42,656 nt of DNA from Candidatus Limivicinus faecipullorum (GCA_018711755.1 DVHY01000170.1:1-42656); one strand, 5' to 3'. Positions 28,843-38,435 are shown, numbered from the stretch's first letter. The notes: generated by a model not told the origin, from the letters alone. Numbers and translations are program-made.

Positions 28843-29904
28843 TCATCTCCCCTGCTTTTCAGGCAGCAGCCGCAGCAGCGCCGGACGTATCAGGGAATCC
28901 AGGGGCTTGTATATCCAGTGGACCAGCTGAGCCATCAGAAGGGAAGAGAGCAGGCCCAGGAGCACCAGGGGGAATATCCAGGGGAATCTGTCCTGGGGTA
29001 TGGGGAAATGGGGGACGAATTCCCGGTATATTATCCCGTCGCTTATCCAGGACATGAGGTAGGCGGCGAAGGAGAGCTCCGATATCCTGTTGATGAGCCT
29101 GGAGAGCCGGCCGGGCAGTCTGCTGAGGTCCAGGGAATAGAGCAGCATGAACAGCAGCACGGACAGGGTGTATACCTGATAGTGCTCATAGTGAATGCCC
29201 TCGTAGTTCTGCGCCTCGCCGTGGAAGAAAAACTGATTGAACAGGCAGAAGGCCGCCAGGACCAGGACAAAGGCCAGGGCCAGGGGACCGCGCCTCCGCC
29301 TGCCCAGGTGCTCCCGCAGGAAGGCGCCAGTGAAATAGTAGCATATGGGGTAGAGCTTGGCCCACCACAGGGAGTAGACATGTACGAAGGAATTGAACAG
29401 GGAGGGCAGGATGGACAGGGCCAGGAAGCTGAAGATAAGGACCAGCTGTTGGTTTTTGTTGGAGCAGCCGGCGTACATCATGTTCAGGAAGGGCATCATG
29501 AGGAAGAGCCCGCCGTAGAGCAGCACGTACCAGGCGTAGCCGTTTATCTCAAAGTTTATCAGACCGCCCGCCATATCCCTCAGGCTCATGAAATTGTGCA
29601 GGTACAGGGCCTCGAACAGGATGCAGGCCAGGGTGCTGATGAAATAGATCTCAAGTATTCGGAGCATGCCCAGGTAGTAGCGCCGGGAGAGCCTTTTGCA
29701 GCTGCACAGCCAACCTGACAGAAGCAGAAAGAGGGGCACGCAGGCAGTGCAGAGCATGCGGCCGAGGGCCATGATAAAGTCTCCGCCGCCGTGAAGGCTG
29801 ATAGTATAGAACCCCGAATTGTCGTAATAGTGCATGCCCAGGACAAGAACCAGGGCAAGGCTGCGGATGAGATCCAGGTTGAGGTCGCGTTTTTTTTCAG
29901 TCAT
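28843..29904 (-). CDS. AT3-family membrane acyltransferase (paralog B)
   Basis: The track ORF is trimmed to MTEKKRDLNLDLIRSLALVLVLGMH, and the start forms an ATGA overlap with the stop of paralog A. The protein has about 10 TM segments and aligns along its full length with paralog A. Confidence 0.8.
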   Translation of the reverse strand: MTEKKRDLNLDLIRSLALVLVLGMHYYDNSGFYTISLHGGGDFIMALGRMLCTACVPLFLLLSGWLCSCKRLSRRYYLGMLRILEIYFISTLACILFEALYLHNFMSLRDMAGGLINFEINGYAWYVLLYGGLFLMMPFLNMMYAGCSNKNQQLVLIFSFLALSILPSLFNSFVHVYSLWWAKLYPICYYFTGAFLREHLGRRRRGPLALAFVLVLAAFCLFNQFFFHGEAQNYEGIHYEHYQVYTLSVLLFMLLYSLDLSRLPGRLSRLINRISELSFAAYLMSWISDGIIYREFVPHFPIPQDRFPWIFPLVLLGLLSSLLMAQLVHWIYKPLDSLIRPALLRLLPEKQGR

Positions 29905-30986
29905 TGTTCGCTCCTTGAGATGAGAGGGTCTTTGGTGGAGAAGAAGGGCTTTTGCCCCAGGGCTTTGGTAAAGGCCGCTGCGGGCCGGTATATCAGCTCC
30001 ACCAGCTGGGCGCCCAGCAGGGCGGAGACAAGGGAGATGGGCACCGTGAGGAAGAGCCACTTGTACCTGGGGGCCCCGGCGGGCACCGCCGCCATGAGCA
30101 TGGGGTAAATGATGCTGTCCGGTATCCAGGTGAGCAGATAGGCGGGGAGGGTCAGGTCCGAGACCTTTTTCAGGCACCAGGCCAGGGGCCGGGGTATGCC
30201 GGCCAGGGGCAGGCGGTAGAGGATGGTGAAGAGGAGCACCGAGAGGATATATACCTCCCAGGTGTCCTGATATACGCCGATAAGGGCGGCGCCCAGGGCG
30301 TCAAAGTGGAAATAGAAATAGACGCTGTAGGCGGCCAGGAAGGCCAGCAGGCCCAGGGCGGCCTTCCCCGGCTTTATCTCCGGCATGTACTCGCTGAGGT
30401 ATGCCCCGGTGAAGTAGTAGCAGACGGGGTAGAGGCGGGACCACCAGAGGGGGTATATATGCACATACTGATTGAGCAGGGAGGGCAGGGCCGACAGGGC
30501 GATGAAGCTGAACACCAGCAGCTGCTTCTGCTTTTTGGAATTGCAGCCGTGGTAGGCCATGTTGAGGAAGGGTATCATCAGGAAGAGCCCCAGATACATC
30601 ATGATATACCAGGCGTAGTCGCAGCAGCTGTAGTTGAGCAGGGCGCTGAGCATCTCCCTGGGGCTTCGCCGGGCGATGCCGCTGAGCTGCTCGAATATAA
30701 GGCAGGCCCCGCCGCAGATCAGGTAGGTGACCACTATGCGGATAAGCCCCAGATAGTAGCGGGCGGAGAGACGCTTTTTGTTGTTCAGGTAGCCGGAGAG
30801 CATCACATACAGGGGTATGCAGCAGGTGAAGAGGGTCTTCACGGCTATCATCAGCCGGTCCGGCCAGCTGTAGAGCAGCTGCTCGTAGAGCCCCGTGTGG
30901 TCCAGGGAGTGCATTATGGGCACCATCAGCAGGGCGGCGCAGCGGACAAGGTCCAGGTTGATATCTCTGATTTTAACTGTAGTCAT
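29901..30986 (-). CDS. AT3-family membrane acyltransferase (paralog A)
   Basis: The N-terminus reads MTTVKIRDINLDLVRCAALLMVPIMH. Blocks shared with paralog B include RYYLG..RI, YAWY, MPFLNM, LPSL and LYP.CYYFTGA. Confidence 0.8.
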   Translation of the reverse strand: MTTVKIRDINLDLVRCAALLMVPIMHSLDHTGLYEQLLYSWPDRLMIAVKTLFTCCIPLYVMLSGYLNNKKRLSARYYLGLIRIVVTYLICGGACLIFEQLSGIARRSPREMLSALLNYSCCDYAWYIMMYLGLFLMIPFLNMAYHGCNSKKQKQLLVFSFIALSALPSLLNQYVHIYPLWWSRLYPVCYYFTGAYLSEYMPEIKPGKAALGLLAFLAAYSVYFYFHFDALGAALIGVYQDTWEVYILSVLLFTILYRLPLAGIPRPLAWCLKKVSDLTLPAYLLTWIPDSIIYPMLMAAVPAGAPRYKWLFLTVPISLVSALLGAQLVELIYRPAAAFTKALGQKPFFSTKDPLISRSEQ

Positions 30987-30998
30987 AGCAATCCCGCC

Positions 30999-33900
30999 CT
31001 ATTTCACCACAACGTTCTCGTCCCCCAGCAGCTCCCTGAGCTCCTCCACCAGGGCCTCATGGATGAGGCAGCGGCAGCCCATGCGTTTTTTCTCGGCGGC
31101 GCAGTAGACTATCATCTGCTGCTGTCCCGGGAACATGCTGAGGATGAGCTGGATGCGTTTGAGCCTGGGGTCGCCGGCGCCGGGGAGCTTCACCCAGAGC
31201 TTCCGCTCCGCCTGGGGGGCCGGGGGCTCCTGAGGGGCGGGGGCGTCCTGGGCGGCAGGGCCGTCCTGGCCGCCGGAGGCAGAGAGCTCCGAGATGGGGC
31301 GGAGGCTGTCCACCATGAGCTGGGGCTCCTTCTCGTCCCGGGCGGAGATGCGCCCTCTGACGAGAAGGGCGGCGTTGTCCTTTATGTACATGCCCCCCTT
31401 GTCCAGCGCCTTCTGGAAGGCCATGAGCTCCATGGTCCCGGTGTCGTCCTCCAGCTGGATGTAGCTCATGAGGGTGTTGTTTTTCGTGGTGCGGGTCTTG
31501 GCCGAGGCCACCACTCCCGCCACGGTGACGTATTGATTGTCGGCGAAGCGCCGGGGCCCGCCCTCGGCGGCAAAGTCGCTCATTATAGCACCCAGGGGCA
31601 CCGCCCCCATTTTCCGCGCCGTCTCCCGGTAGCCGTCCATGGGATGGCCGCTGAGATAGAGGCCGGTGGTCTCCTTCTCCATGGCCATCAGCTCCATGGG
31701 GCTGTACTCCTCCACCTGGGGTATGGCCACGGCGGCGGGGGCCTTGTTCTCCCCTGCCAGGCCGAAGAGGTCCAGCTGTCCGGCAATATTGTCCCGCATA
31801 GACTGGGCGATACTGTCCAGCACCGCACCGGCTATCTGGATGAGGGCCTTGCGCTTGTAGCCCAGGCTGTCAAAGGCTCCCGCCTTGATGAGGTTCTCCA
31901 CGGCCCGGCGGTTCAGTTCCCGGCCGTTCATCCTGCGGCAGAAGTCGTCAAAGCTCTTGAAAGGCCCGTACTCCCGCCGGTCCGCCACCAGGGACTCGAT
32001 GGCCCCCCAGCCTATGCCCTTTATGGCCACCAGGCCGAAGCGGATGTTGTCGGAGGAGACGGTGAAGTTGGCGTCGGACTCGTTCACGTCCGGGGGCAGC
32101 AGCTTGATGCCCATATCCCGGCACTCGGCGATGTATTCGGCCACCTTCTGGCTGTTGTCCAGCACCGAGGTGAGCAGGGCCGCCATGTATTCCCTGGGGT
32201 AGTGGCGCTTCATGTAGGCGGTGCGGTAGGCCACGATGGCGTAGCTCACGGCGTGGGCCTTGTTGAAGGCGTAGCTGGCGAAGTCCAGTATCTCGTCGTA
32301 GATGCTGTTGGCCACAGCCTCACTCACACCATTGGCCAGGGCCCCGGGGATGTTCCGCTCCGGGTCGCCGTGGACGAAGGCCAGGCGCTCTGCGTCGATG
32401 ACCTTGTGCTTTTTCTTGCTCATGGCCCGGCGTATCATGTCCGCCTGGCCCAGGGAGAAACCCGCCAGGCGGCGGAATATCTCGATGACCTGCTCCTGGT
32501 AGACTATGCAGCCGTAGGTGACGGAGAGTATGGGCCGGAGCAGCTCGTGCTTGTAGCTTATCTTCTCCGGGTGGGCGGAGCACTCCAGAAAACGTGGTAT
32601 GCTGTCCATGGGCCCGGGGCGGTAGAGGGAGATAAGAGCGGTGATATCCTCGATGCTCCTGGGCTTGAGGGCGACGCAGACTCCCGTCATGCCGGTGCTC
32701 TCCAGCTGGAACACGCCGCTGGTGCGCCCGGCGGAGAGCATGTTGAAGGTCTCGGCGTCCTCCTCGCTCACCTTTTCTATACGGAAGTCCGGCTCCCGGC
32801 GGCGCACCAGCTGCACCGCGTCCTCCAGCACCGTCAGGTTCCGCAGGCCCAGAAAATCCATTTTCAGAAGCCCCAGCTCCTCCAGGGTGGTCATGGGGTA
32901 TTGGCAGACCACGGCCTCGTCGTTGGTGGCCAGGGGCACGTACTCGTAAACCGGCTTTTCGGTGATGACCACGCCGGCGGCGTGGGTGGAGGCGTGGCGG
33001 GGCATGCCCTCCAGGGCCTTGGCCACGTCGATAAGGCGCTTGAGCTTTTCGTCCCCCTGGTACATCTCCCGCAGGGGCTTGGACAATTGCAGGGCCTCGT
33101 CCAGGGTGATGTTCAGGGCCCCGGGGCCGGAGGGTATCTGCTTTGCCACCTGGTCGGCCTCGCCGTAGCTGATGTTCAGAGCCCGGGCCACGTCCCGCAC
33201 GGAGCCCCGGGCGGCCATGGTGCCGAAGGTGACTATCTGGGCCACATGGTCGTGGCCGTAGAGGCGGTTGACGTAGTCGATGACCTCGCCCCGGCGGTTG
33301 ACGCAGAAGTCCACGTCTATATCCGGCATGGACACCCGCTCCGGGTTGAGAAAGCGTTCAAAGAAAAGGCTGTACTTTATGGGGTCCACGTCGGTGATGT
33401 GCAGGCAGTAGCTCACCACGCTGCCGGCGGCGCTGCCCCGGCCGGGGCCGACAGGAATACCGCTGCGCTTGGCAAAGCCTATAAAGTCGGAGACTATGAG
33501 GAAATAGTCCACGAAGCCCATCTTTTTTATCATGTCCAGCTCGTAGTCCAGCTGCTTGTGGACCTCCGGCCGGGTGGGGAAGCGATCTTTAAAGCCCTGC
33601 TCGCAGAGCTTGCGCAGGTACTCGTAGCTGTCCGTCTCCCCTTCCGGCAGCTTGAAGCGGGGCAGGTGGTAGTGGCCGAACTCAAAGTCGAAGTTGCAGC
33701 GGCGGGCGATGTCCACCGTGTTGTCCGCAGCCTCCGGCAGCTCCGGGAAGAGGGAGCGCATCTCCTCCTCGCTTTTCAGGTAGAGCTCCTGGCTCTCAAA
33801 GCGCATGCGGCCGGGCTCGTCCACGGTCCTGCCCATCTGTATGCACATGAGCACGTCCTGGTAGTAGGCGTCCTCTTTCTTTATGTAGTGGGCGTCGTTG

Positions 33901-34508
33901 GTGAGGGCCAGGGGTATGCCCGTCTCCCGGTGGAGGCGGATGAGGCCCTGGGCGGCCTTTTTCTCCTCCCGGAGCCCGTGGTCCTGTATCTCCAGATAAA
34001 AGTCCTCCGGGCCGAAGAGGGCCTGCAGCTCCAGGGCCTTGGCCTTGGCGGCGTCGTAGTCGCCGTTTATTATGAGCTGGGGTATGGCCCCGGCCAGGCA
34101 GCCGGAGAGGCAGATGAGGCCCTGGCTGTGCTCATGGAGCAGCTGCCAGTCTATCCGGGGCTTTATGTAAAAGCCCTCGGTAAAGGCGGCGGAGACCAGA
34201 TAGCACAGGTTGCGGTAGCCCGTCTCGTCCTTGCACAGGAGTATGAGATGGGAGTAATCGTTGTCCAATCCGTGCTCCTTCTGGTCCATGCGCCGGGGTG
34301 AGACGTAGACCTCGCAGCCGATGATGGGCTTGATGCCCTGGGCCAGGCAGGCCTTGTAGAAGGCCACCGCTCCGTACATGACACCGTGGTCGGTGACGGC
34401 GATGGCCTCCTGGCCCAGCTCTTTGGCGGCCTTGGCCAGCTGTTCTATGCGGCAGGCCCCGTCCAGCAGGGAATATTCCGTATGCACATGGAGATGAACA
34501 AAGCCCAT
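30999..34508 (-). CDS. dnaE: DNA polymerase III alpha subunit (DnaE-type)
   Basis: The PHP domain reads FVHLHVHTEYSLLDG. The polymerase core reads GPGRGSAAGS..PDIDVDF. An OB fold lies near the C-terminus. The protein is 1169 aa. Confidence 0.93.
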   Translation of the reverse strand: MGFVHLHVHTEYSLLDGACRIEQLAKAAKELGQEAIAVTDHGVMYGAVAFYKACLAQGIKPIIGCEVYVSPRRMDQKEHGLDNDYSHLILLCKDETGYRNLCYLVSAAFTEGFYIKPRIDWQLLHEHSQGLICLSGCLAGAIPQLIINGDYDAAKAKALELQALFGPEDFYLEIQDHGLREEKKAAQGLIRLHRETGIPLALTNDAHYIKKEDAYYQDVLMCIQMGRTVDEPGRMRFESQELYLKSEEEMRSLFPELPEAADNTVDIARRCNFDFEFGHYHLPRFKLPEGETDSYEYLRKLCEQGFKDRFPTRPEVHKQLDYELDMIKKMGFVDYFLIVSDFIGFAKRSGIPVGPGRGSAAGSVVSYCLHITDVDPIKYSLFFERFLNPERVSMPDIDVDFCVNRRGEVIDYVNRLYGHDHVAQIVTFGTMAARGSVRDVARALNISYGEADQVAKQIPSGPGALNITLDEALQLSKPLREMYQGDEKLKRLIDVAKALEGMPRHASTHAAGVVITEKPVYEYVPLATNDEAVVCQYPMTTLEELGLLKMDFLGLRNLTVLEDAVQLVRRREPDFRIEKVSEEDAETFNMLSAGRTSGVFQLESTGMTGVCVALKPRSIEDITALISLYRPGPMDSIPRFLECSAHPEKISYKHELLRPILSVTYGCIVYQEQVIEIFRRLAGFSLGQADMIRRAMSKKKHKVIDAERLAFVHGDPERNIPGALANGVSEAVANSIYDEILDFASYAFNKAHAVSYAIVAYRTAYMKRHYPREYMAALLTSVLDNSQKVAEYIAECRDMGIKLLPPDVNESDANFTVSSDNIRFGLVAIKGIGWGAIESLVADRREYGPFKSFDDFCRRMNGRELNRRAVENLIKAGAFDSLGYKRKALIQIAGAVLDSIAQSMRDNIAGQLDLFGLAGENKAPAAVAIPQVEEYSPMELMAMEKETTGLYLSGHPMDGYRETARKMGAVPLGAIMSDFAAEGGPRRFADNQYVTVAGVVASAKTRTTKNNTLMSYIQLEDDTGTMELMAFQKALDKGGMYIKDNAALLVRGRISARDEKEPQLMVDSLRPISELSASGGQDGPAAQDAPAPQEPPAPQAERKLWVKLPGAGDPRLKRIQLILSMFPGQQQMIVYCAAEKKRMGCRCLIHEALVEELRELLGDENVVVK

Positions 34509-34510
34509 GT

Positions 34511-35407
34511 CTACTCCTTAGCTTCAAAAGTCATGATTTTTTTCAGCCGGTGGCTGAGACAGCTCTTGGTCACCGGCTCCTGGCTCAGCTGCACCAGGTC
34601 CGAGAGGCTGGCCTCGGGGTTGGCGATGCGCAGCAGGGCGGCCTGGTGCAGGGGCTCCGGCAGGGCGTCCAGGCCGTAGTCCCGGGCGATGCGCCGGATG
34701 GCGGCCATCTGGGCCTGGGCGGCGGCCACGGTCTTGTCGGTGTTGGCGTTGTCGCAGTTTATCTGCCGGGTTATGGTGTTGCGCATCTCCTTTTCCACCT
34801 TGGCGGTCATGACGGCCATGGCGGTGCGTGAGGCGCCTATGGTGGTGAAGAAATCGGCGATAGCGTCGGCCTGCTTGAAGTACAGAAGGCAGTTGCCGCC
34901 CCGCTGGGTCTCCTTGGGGGCAAAGCCCATGTCCAGCAGCAGGGAGTAGGCCTCCCGGCTGACGCTGCGGTGGGGGGTGGCCAGCTCCAGATGGTAGCGT
35001 TTTTCCGGGTCGGTGACGCTGCCTCCGGCCAGGAAGGCCCCCCGGATGAAGGAGCAGCGGCAGCAGTCCTCCTCTATCATGCCGAAGTTGATGTGGTGGG
35101 AGAGGGTGGAGTCTATCTCCGCCCCGAAGGCGGCGAAGATGAGCTCCAGCTTTTCCGGACTGGTGATGGAGAAGCTCTGCTTTCCCGCACCGGAAGCGGG
35201 CAGAGAGTCGAAATTCAGGTTGAAGGCCCGGCGGAAGAGCCGGGGCAGACGCTGGGCAAAGTGGCTGCTGGCTGTGATTATCCTTATCTCCCTGGGGCTG
35301 AAGGTGTTGCAGTAGAGCAGCACCCCATAGCTCTCCGCCAGGGCGCAGCATTTCCGGTCCGGCCTGAGCTGACAGAGCTCGGCCTTTGCCTGGGATGAAA
35401 AGGACAT
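34511..35407 (-). CDS. whiA: DNA-binding protein WhiA
   Basis: The N-terminus reads FSSQAKAEL..CC..AE. The middle is LAGLIDADG-like (FIRGAFLAGGSV). A C-terminal HTH (SCLSHRLKKI) is present. Confidence 0.9.
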   Translation of the reverse strand: MSFSSQAKAELCQLRPDRKCCALAESYGVLLYCNTFSPREIRIITASSHFAQRLPRLFRRAFNLNFDSLPASGAGKQSFSITSPEKLELIFAAFGAEIDSTLSHHINFGMIEEDCCRCSFIRGAFLAGGSVTDPEKRYHLELATPHRSVSREAYSLLLDMGFAPKETQRGGNCLLYFKQADAIADFFTTIGASRTAMAVMTAKVEKEMRNTITRQINCDNANTDKTVAAAQAQMAAIRRIARDYGLDALPEPLHQAALLRIANPEASLSDLVQLSQEPVTKSCLSHRLKKIMTFEAKE

Positions 35408-35417
35408 GGCGGCACCT

Positions 35418-36275
35418 CTACTTGTCGATATCCCTGTTGATGTTCACGGAGCTGACGCCCTCGGCCTTCAGATGGTCGCAGAGGGCGGAGGCAATGGCCA
35501 CGCTGCGGTGGTGGCCGCCGGTGCAGCCTATGGCCACGGTGAGGCTGAGCTTCCCCTCCTCGATGTACAAAGGCAGCAGGAAGTCCAGCATGTCCGTTAT
35601 CTTTTCCATAAAGGTCCTGGTCTGCTGGCATTTGAACACGAACTCCGCCACCGGCAGGTCCAGACCGCTGAGCTGGCGCAGCTCCTCCACATAGTAGGGG
35701 TTGGGGAGGAAGCGCACGTCGAAGACCAGGTCGGCGTCCATGGGCAGGCCATGCTTGTAGCCGAAGGACATGACGGTGACGTCTATCTCCCGCTTGGCCC
35801 CCTCCCCGGCGAAGAGGGAGAAGAGCTTGCTTTGCAGCATGCCCAGAGTGAGGTTGGAGCTGTTGACTATATAGTCGGCCCGCTCCCGGATAGGGGCGAG
35901 CAGTTCTATCTCCTTGTAGACGGCGGCCTCCACCGGGGAGCCGTGGCTGGCCAGGGGATGGGGGCGGCGGCTCTCCTTGTAGCGGCGGATGAGGGTGCGC
36001 ACGTCGGCGTCCATGTAGAGGATGCGGCAGTTGCAGCCCCGCTCTTTCAGTTGGTCTATGGTCTCCAGCAGCTGGCCGAAGCCGTCCTTTTCCCGCACGT
36101 CGGTGACCAGGGCCACCTTCTCGTAACGGCCGGCGGTGGCGATGCACAGCTCGGCGAAGCGGGGCATCAGGGCTATGGGCATGTTGTCCACGCAGTAGTA
36201 GTCCAGGTCCTCCAGCACGTCGGCGGCCCGGCTCTTTCCCGCACCGGACAGCCCGGTTATTATCAAAAATTCCAT
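35418..36275 (-). CDS. rapZ: RNase adapter / nucleotide-binding protein RapZ (YvcJ)
   Basis: MEFLIITGLSGAGKS is the Walker A motif. DVRFLPNPY and CTGGHHRSV are present. Confidence 0.9.
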   Translation of the reverse strand: MEFLIITGLSGAGKSRAADVLEDLDYYCVDNMPIALMPRFAELCIATAGRYEKVALVTDVREKDGFGQLLETIDQLKERGCNCRILYMDADVRTLIRRYKESRRPHPLASHGSPVEAAVYKEIELLAPIRERADYIVNSSNLTLGMLQSKLFSLFAGEGAKREIDVTVMSFGYKHGLPMDADLVFDVRFLPNPYYVEELRQLSGLDLPVAEFVFKCQQTRTFMEKITDMLDFLLPLYIEEGKLSLTVAIGCTGGHHRSVAIASALCDHLKAEGVSSVNINRDIDK

Positions 36276-36290
36276 GTTGCCTCCCGGGGC

Positions 36291-37307
36291 TTATGACCCG
36301 CTCTGTTCCTGCCCATCCTCCCGGCTTCCGGGGCTGCTGACAAAATGCAGGGGGACGGCGGGACCCTTATCCTCCAGGCGGTAGTCCGGGGGCAGGATTA
36401 TCATCTCCGGCTCCAGGGCTATGCCGCTGTTTTCGTATACTTTTTTCCGCACCTGGCGCATCAGTTGGTGTACGTCGTGGGAGCTGGCGTTGCCGGTGTT
36501 CACCACAAAGCCCGCGTGCTTTTCCGATACCTGGGCGCCGCCCACGGCGTAGCCTTTCAGCCCCGCCCGGTCGATGAGGGCGGCGGCGTAATTCCCCTCC
36601 GGGCGCTTGAAGGCGCTGCCGGCGGAGGGCAGGTCCAAAGGCTGCTTATCCCGGCGCTGCTGGTTCAGCTGCCGCATTTTTGCGGCTATCTCCTCCCCGT
36701 CCCCCTTTTCCAGGCGGAACACGGCGGACAGCAGCACGCAGCCCCCCATTTTCTGGAACAGGCTGCTGCGGTAGCCGAAGCTGCACTGCTCATTAGAAAG
36801 CTCATAGAGCCGCTGCTCCGGCAGGTAGTAGAGCACCACGCTCTCCACTGCGTCCTTCAGCTCTCCCCCGTAGGCGCCGGCGTTCATTATGAGCCCGCCC
36901 CCCACGCTGCCGGGGATGCCGGAGGCGAACTCCAGGCCGGAAAGCTCATGCTGCTGGGCAAAGCTGGCCAGCTTCGACAGGGACACCCCCGCCTCCGCAT
37001 AGATCGCCCCGTCGGGCAGGAGGAACATTTTGCCCAGCTTGGCGGTGCTTATGATGAAGAGCTGGGGCAGGCCCTCGTCGGGGAAGAGGATGTTGGTGCC
37101 GTTGCCCAGGATGTATGGGGCCAGCTGCTGTTCTTTCAGCAGGTAGCATATCTTGGTGAGGCTGCTCACATCCGAGGGCACTGCCAGGGCCCGCACGGGC
37201 CCGCCTATCCTGAAGGAGCAGTGGGCGGACATGTTCTCGTTTTCCAGCAGCTGCAGGCCGGGCAGGGCCTCCTTTATCCTGGCTATGGCTTTTTCCAGAT
37301 TTTCCAT
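36291..37307 (-). CDS. murB: UDP-N-acetylenolpyruvoylglucosamine reductase
   Basis: The motifs are FRIGGP, LGNGTNILF, GIPGSVGG and SAGSAFKRP. A ~30-aa C-terminal extension is present. Confidence 0.9.
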   Translation of the reverse strand: MENLEKAIARIKEALPGLQLLENENMSAHCSFRIGGPVRALAVPSDVSSLTKICYLLKEQQLAPYILGNGTNILFPDEGLPQLFIISTAKLGKMFLLPDGAIYAEAGVSLSKLASFAQQHELSGLEFASGIPGSVGGGLIMNAGAYGGELKDAVESVVLYYLPEQRLYELSNEQCSFGYRSSLFQKMGGCVLLSAVFRLEKGDGEEIAAKMRQLNQQRRDKQPLDLPSAGSAFKRPEGNYAAALIDRAGLKGYAVGGAQVSEKHAGFVVNTGNASSHDVHQLMRQVRKKVYENSGIALEPEMIILPPDYRLEDKGPAVPLHFVSSPGSREDGQEQSGS

Positions 37308-37326
37308 GGGATACTCCAGTCAAAAA

Positions 37327-38265
37327 TCATAATAGACCTGCGTCGATGGCGTAGTCGTGGGCTCCCGCCAGGGCCTCTGCGGCGTTGAAGCCCATCTTCT
37401 TCTGGCGGTTGTTCATGGCGGCCAGCTCCATGATGACGGCCAGGTTCCGGCCGGGGCGGACGGGGATGGTGACCTGGGGCAGGGTGACGCCCAGGATGTC
37501 ATAGGTCTCGCTGCTCAGGCCCAGGCGGTCATAGGCCTTGCCCTCCTCCCAGCGTTCCATCTTCACCACCAGGTCGATGCTGGTCTCCGGCTTCACGGCG
37601 CCCACGCCGTAGATATGGCGCACATTAATAACACCTATGCCTCTCAGCTCCATATAATACCGGATGAGCTCCGGGGCGGAGCCGACCAGCTCGTCCTTGG
37701 ATATGCGCTTTATGTCCACCGCATCGTCGGCGATAAGGCGGTGGCCCCGCTTTATAAGTTCCAAGGCGGTCTCGCTCTTGCCGATGCCGCTGTCCCCCAT
37801 AAGGAGCACGCCCTCGCCGTAGACCTCCACCAGCACGCCGTGGGTGGTGATGCGGGGGGCCAGGTGGGCTTTCAGGGAGCTTATCAGGTCGGCCTGGAAC
37901 TCCGAGGTGTCCATGGGGGTGATGAAGAGGTTGCGGTCGTACTTCTCCGCCATATCCAGGCACTCCTGGAAGGGCCGCACCCCGTGGCAGATGACCAGGG
38001 CGCCGATGTCGTACTGCATGAACTGCTCGAAGGTCTGGAGCCGCTGTTCCGGGCTGAGGGTGTCCAGATAGGTGCTCTCCACCCGGCCTATCATCTGGAT
38101 GCGGTGGGGGTCGAAGTAATTGTAAAAGCCGGTGAGCTGCATGGCGGGGCGGTTCACGTCGGTGGTTTTGATAAGGGCCGTCTCATAGTCCTTAGAGGTG
38201 TGCAGGGGCTTGAGCTGGTGTTCCTCCACCAGCGTTTTAAGTTTGACCGAATACTTGCTTATCAT
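37327..38265 (-). CDS. hprK: HPr kinase/phosphorylase
   Basis: The track ORF is trimmed to MISKYSVKLKTLVE. The P-loop is GDSGIGKSETALELI and the signature sequence is MELRGIGVINV. Confidence 0.9.
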   Translation of the reverse strand: MISKYSVKLKTLVEEHQLKPLHTSKDYETALIKTTDVNRPAMQLTGFYNYFDPHRIQMIGRVESTYLDTLSPEQRLQTFEQFMQYDIGALVICHGVRPFQECLDMAEKYDRNLFITPMDTSEFQADLISSLKAHLAPRITTHGVLVEVYGEGVLLMGDSGIGKSETALELIKRGHRLIADDAVDIKRISKDELVGSAPELIRYYMELRGIGVINVRHIYGVGAVKPETSIDLVVKMERWEEGKAYDRLGLSSETYDILGVTLPQVTIPVRPGRNLAVIMELAAMNNRQKKMGFNAAEALAGAHDYAIDAGLL

Positions 38266-38305
38266 GGCGCCATCTCCGTTCCTGAGCAATAGATATCTAT
38301 GCTAC

Positions 38306-38334
38306 ATTTTAATCGCTTTCCCCGGCTTTGGCAA
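38306..38334 (-). promoter_or_regulatory. promoter of the hprK-murB-rapZ-whiA-dnaE cluster
   Basis: On the minus strand: TTGCCA, a 17-nt spacer, then TAAAAT. Confidence 0.4.
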
Positions 38335-38406
38335 CAGAAATTTTACGCCCGGCTGCGTGTGCAGGGAGAAATGTTGATTTTTGTTTACAGAATTGAAAAG
38401 TTTCTC

Positions 38407-38435
38407 TTGCATTTGACTTTCGTATCTGCTATTAT
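38407..38435 (+). promoter_or_regulatory. promoter of rpmB
   Basis: TTGCAT (38407-38412), a 17-nt spacer, then TATTAT (38430-38435). An alternative reading is TTGACT, a 16-nt spacer, then TATAAA. Confidence 0.4.

Noticed and set aside
29952-34301. Very long plus-strand ORF (1449 aa) in the track
   Set aside because: It lies entirely antisense to dnaE and the AT3 genes, whose products have unmistakable family motifs. Its translation is low-complexity and G/A/V/L/H/Q-rich with no recognisable motif. This is the typical stop-codon-poor antisense frame of GC-rich DNA.
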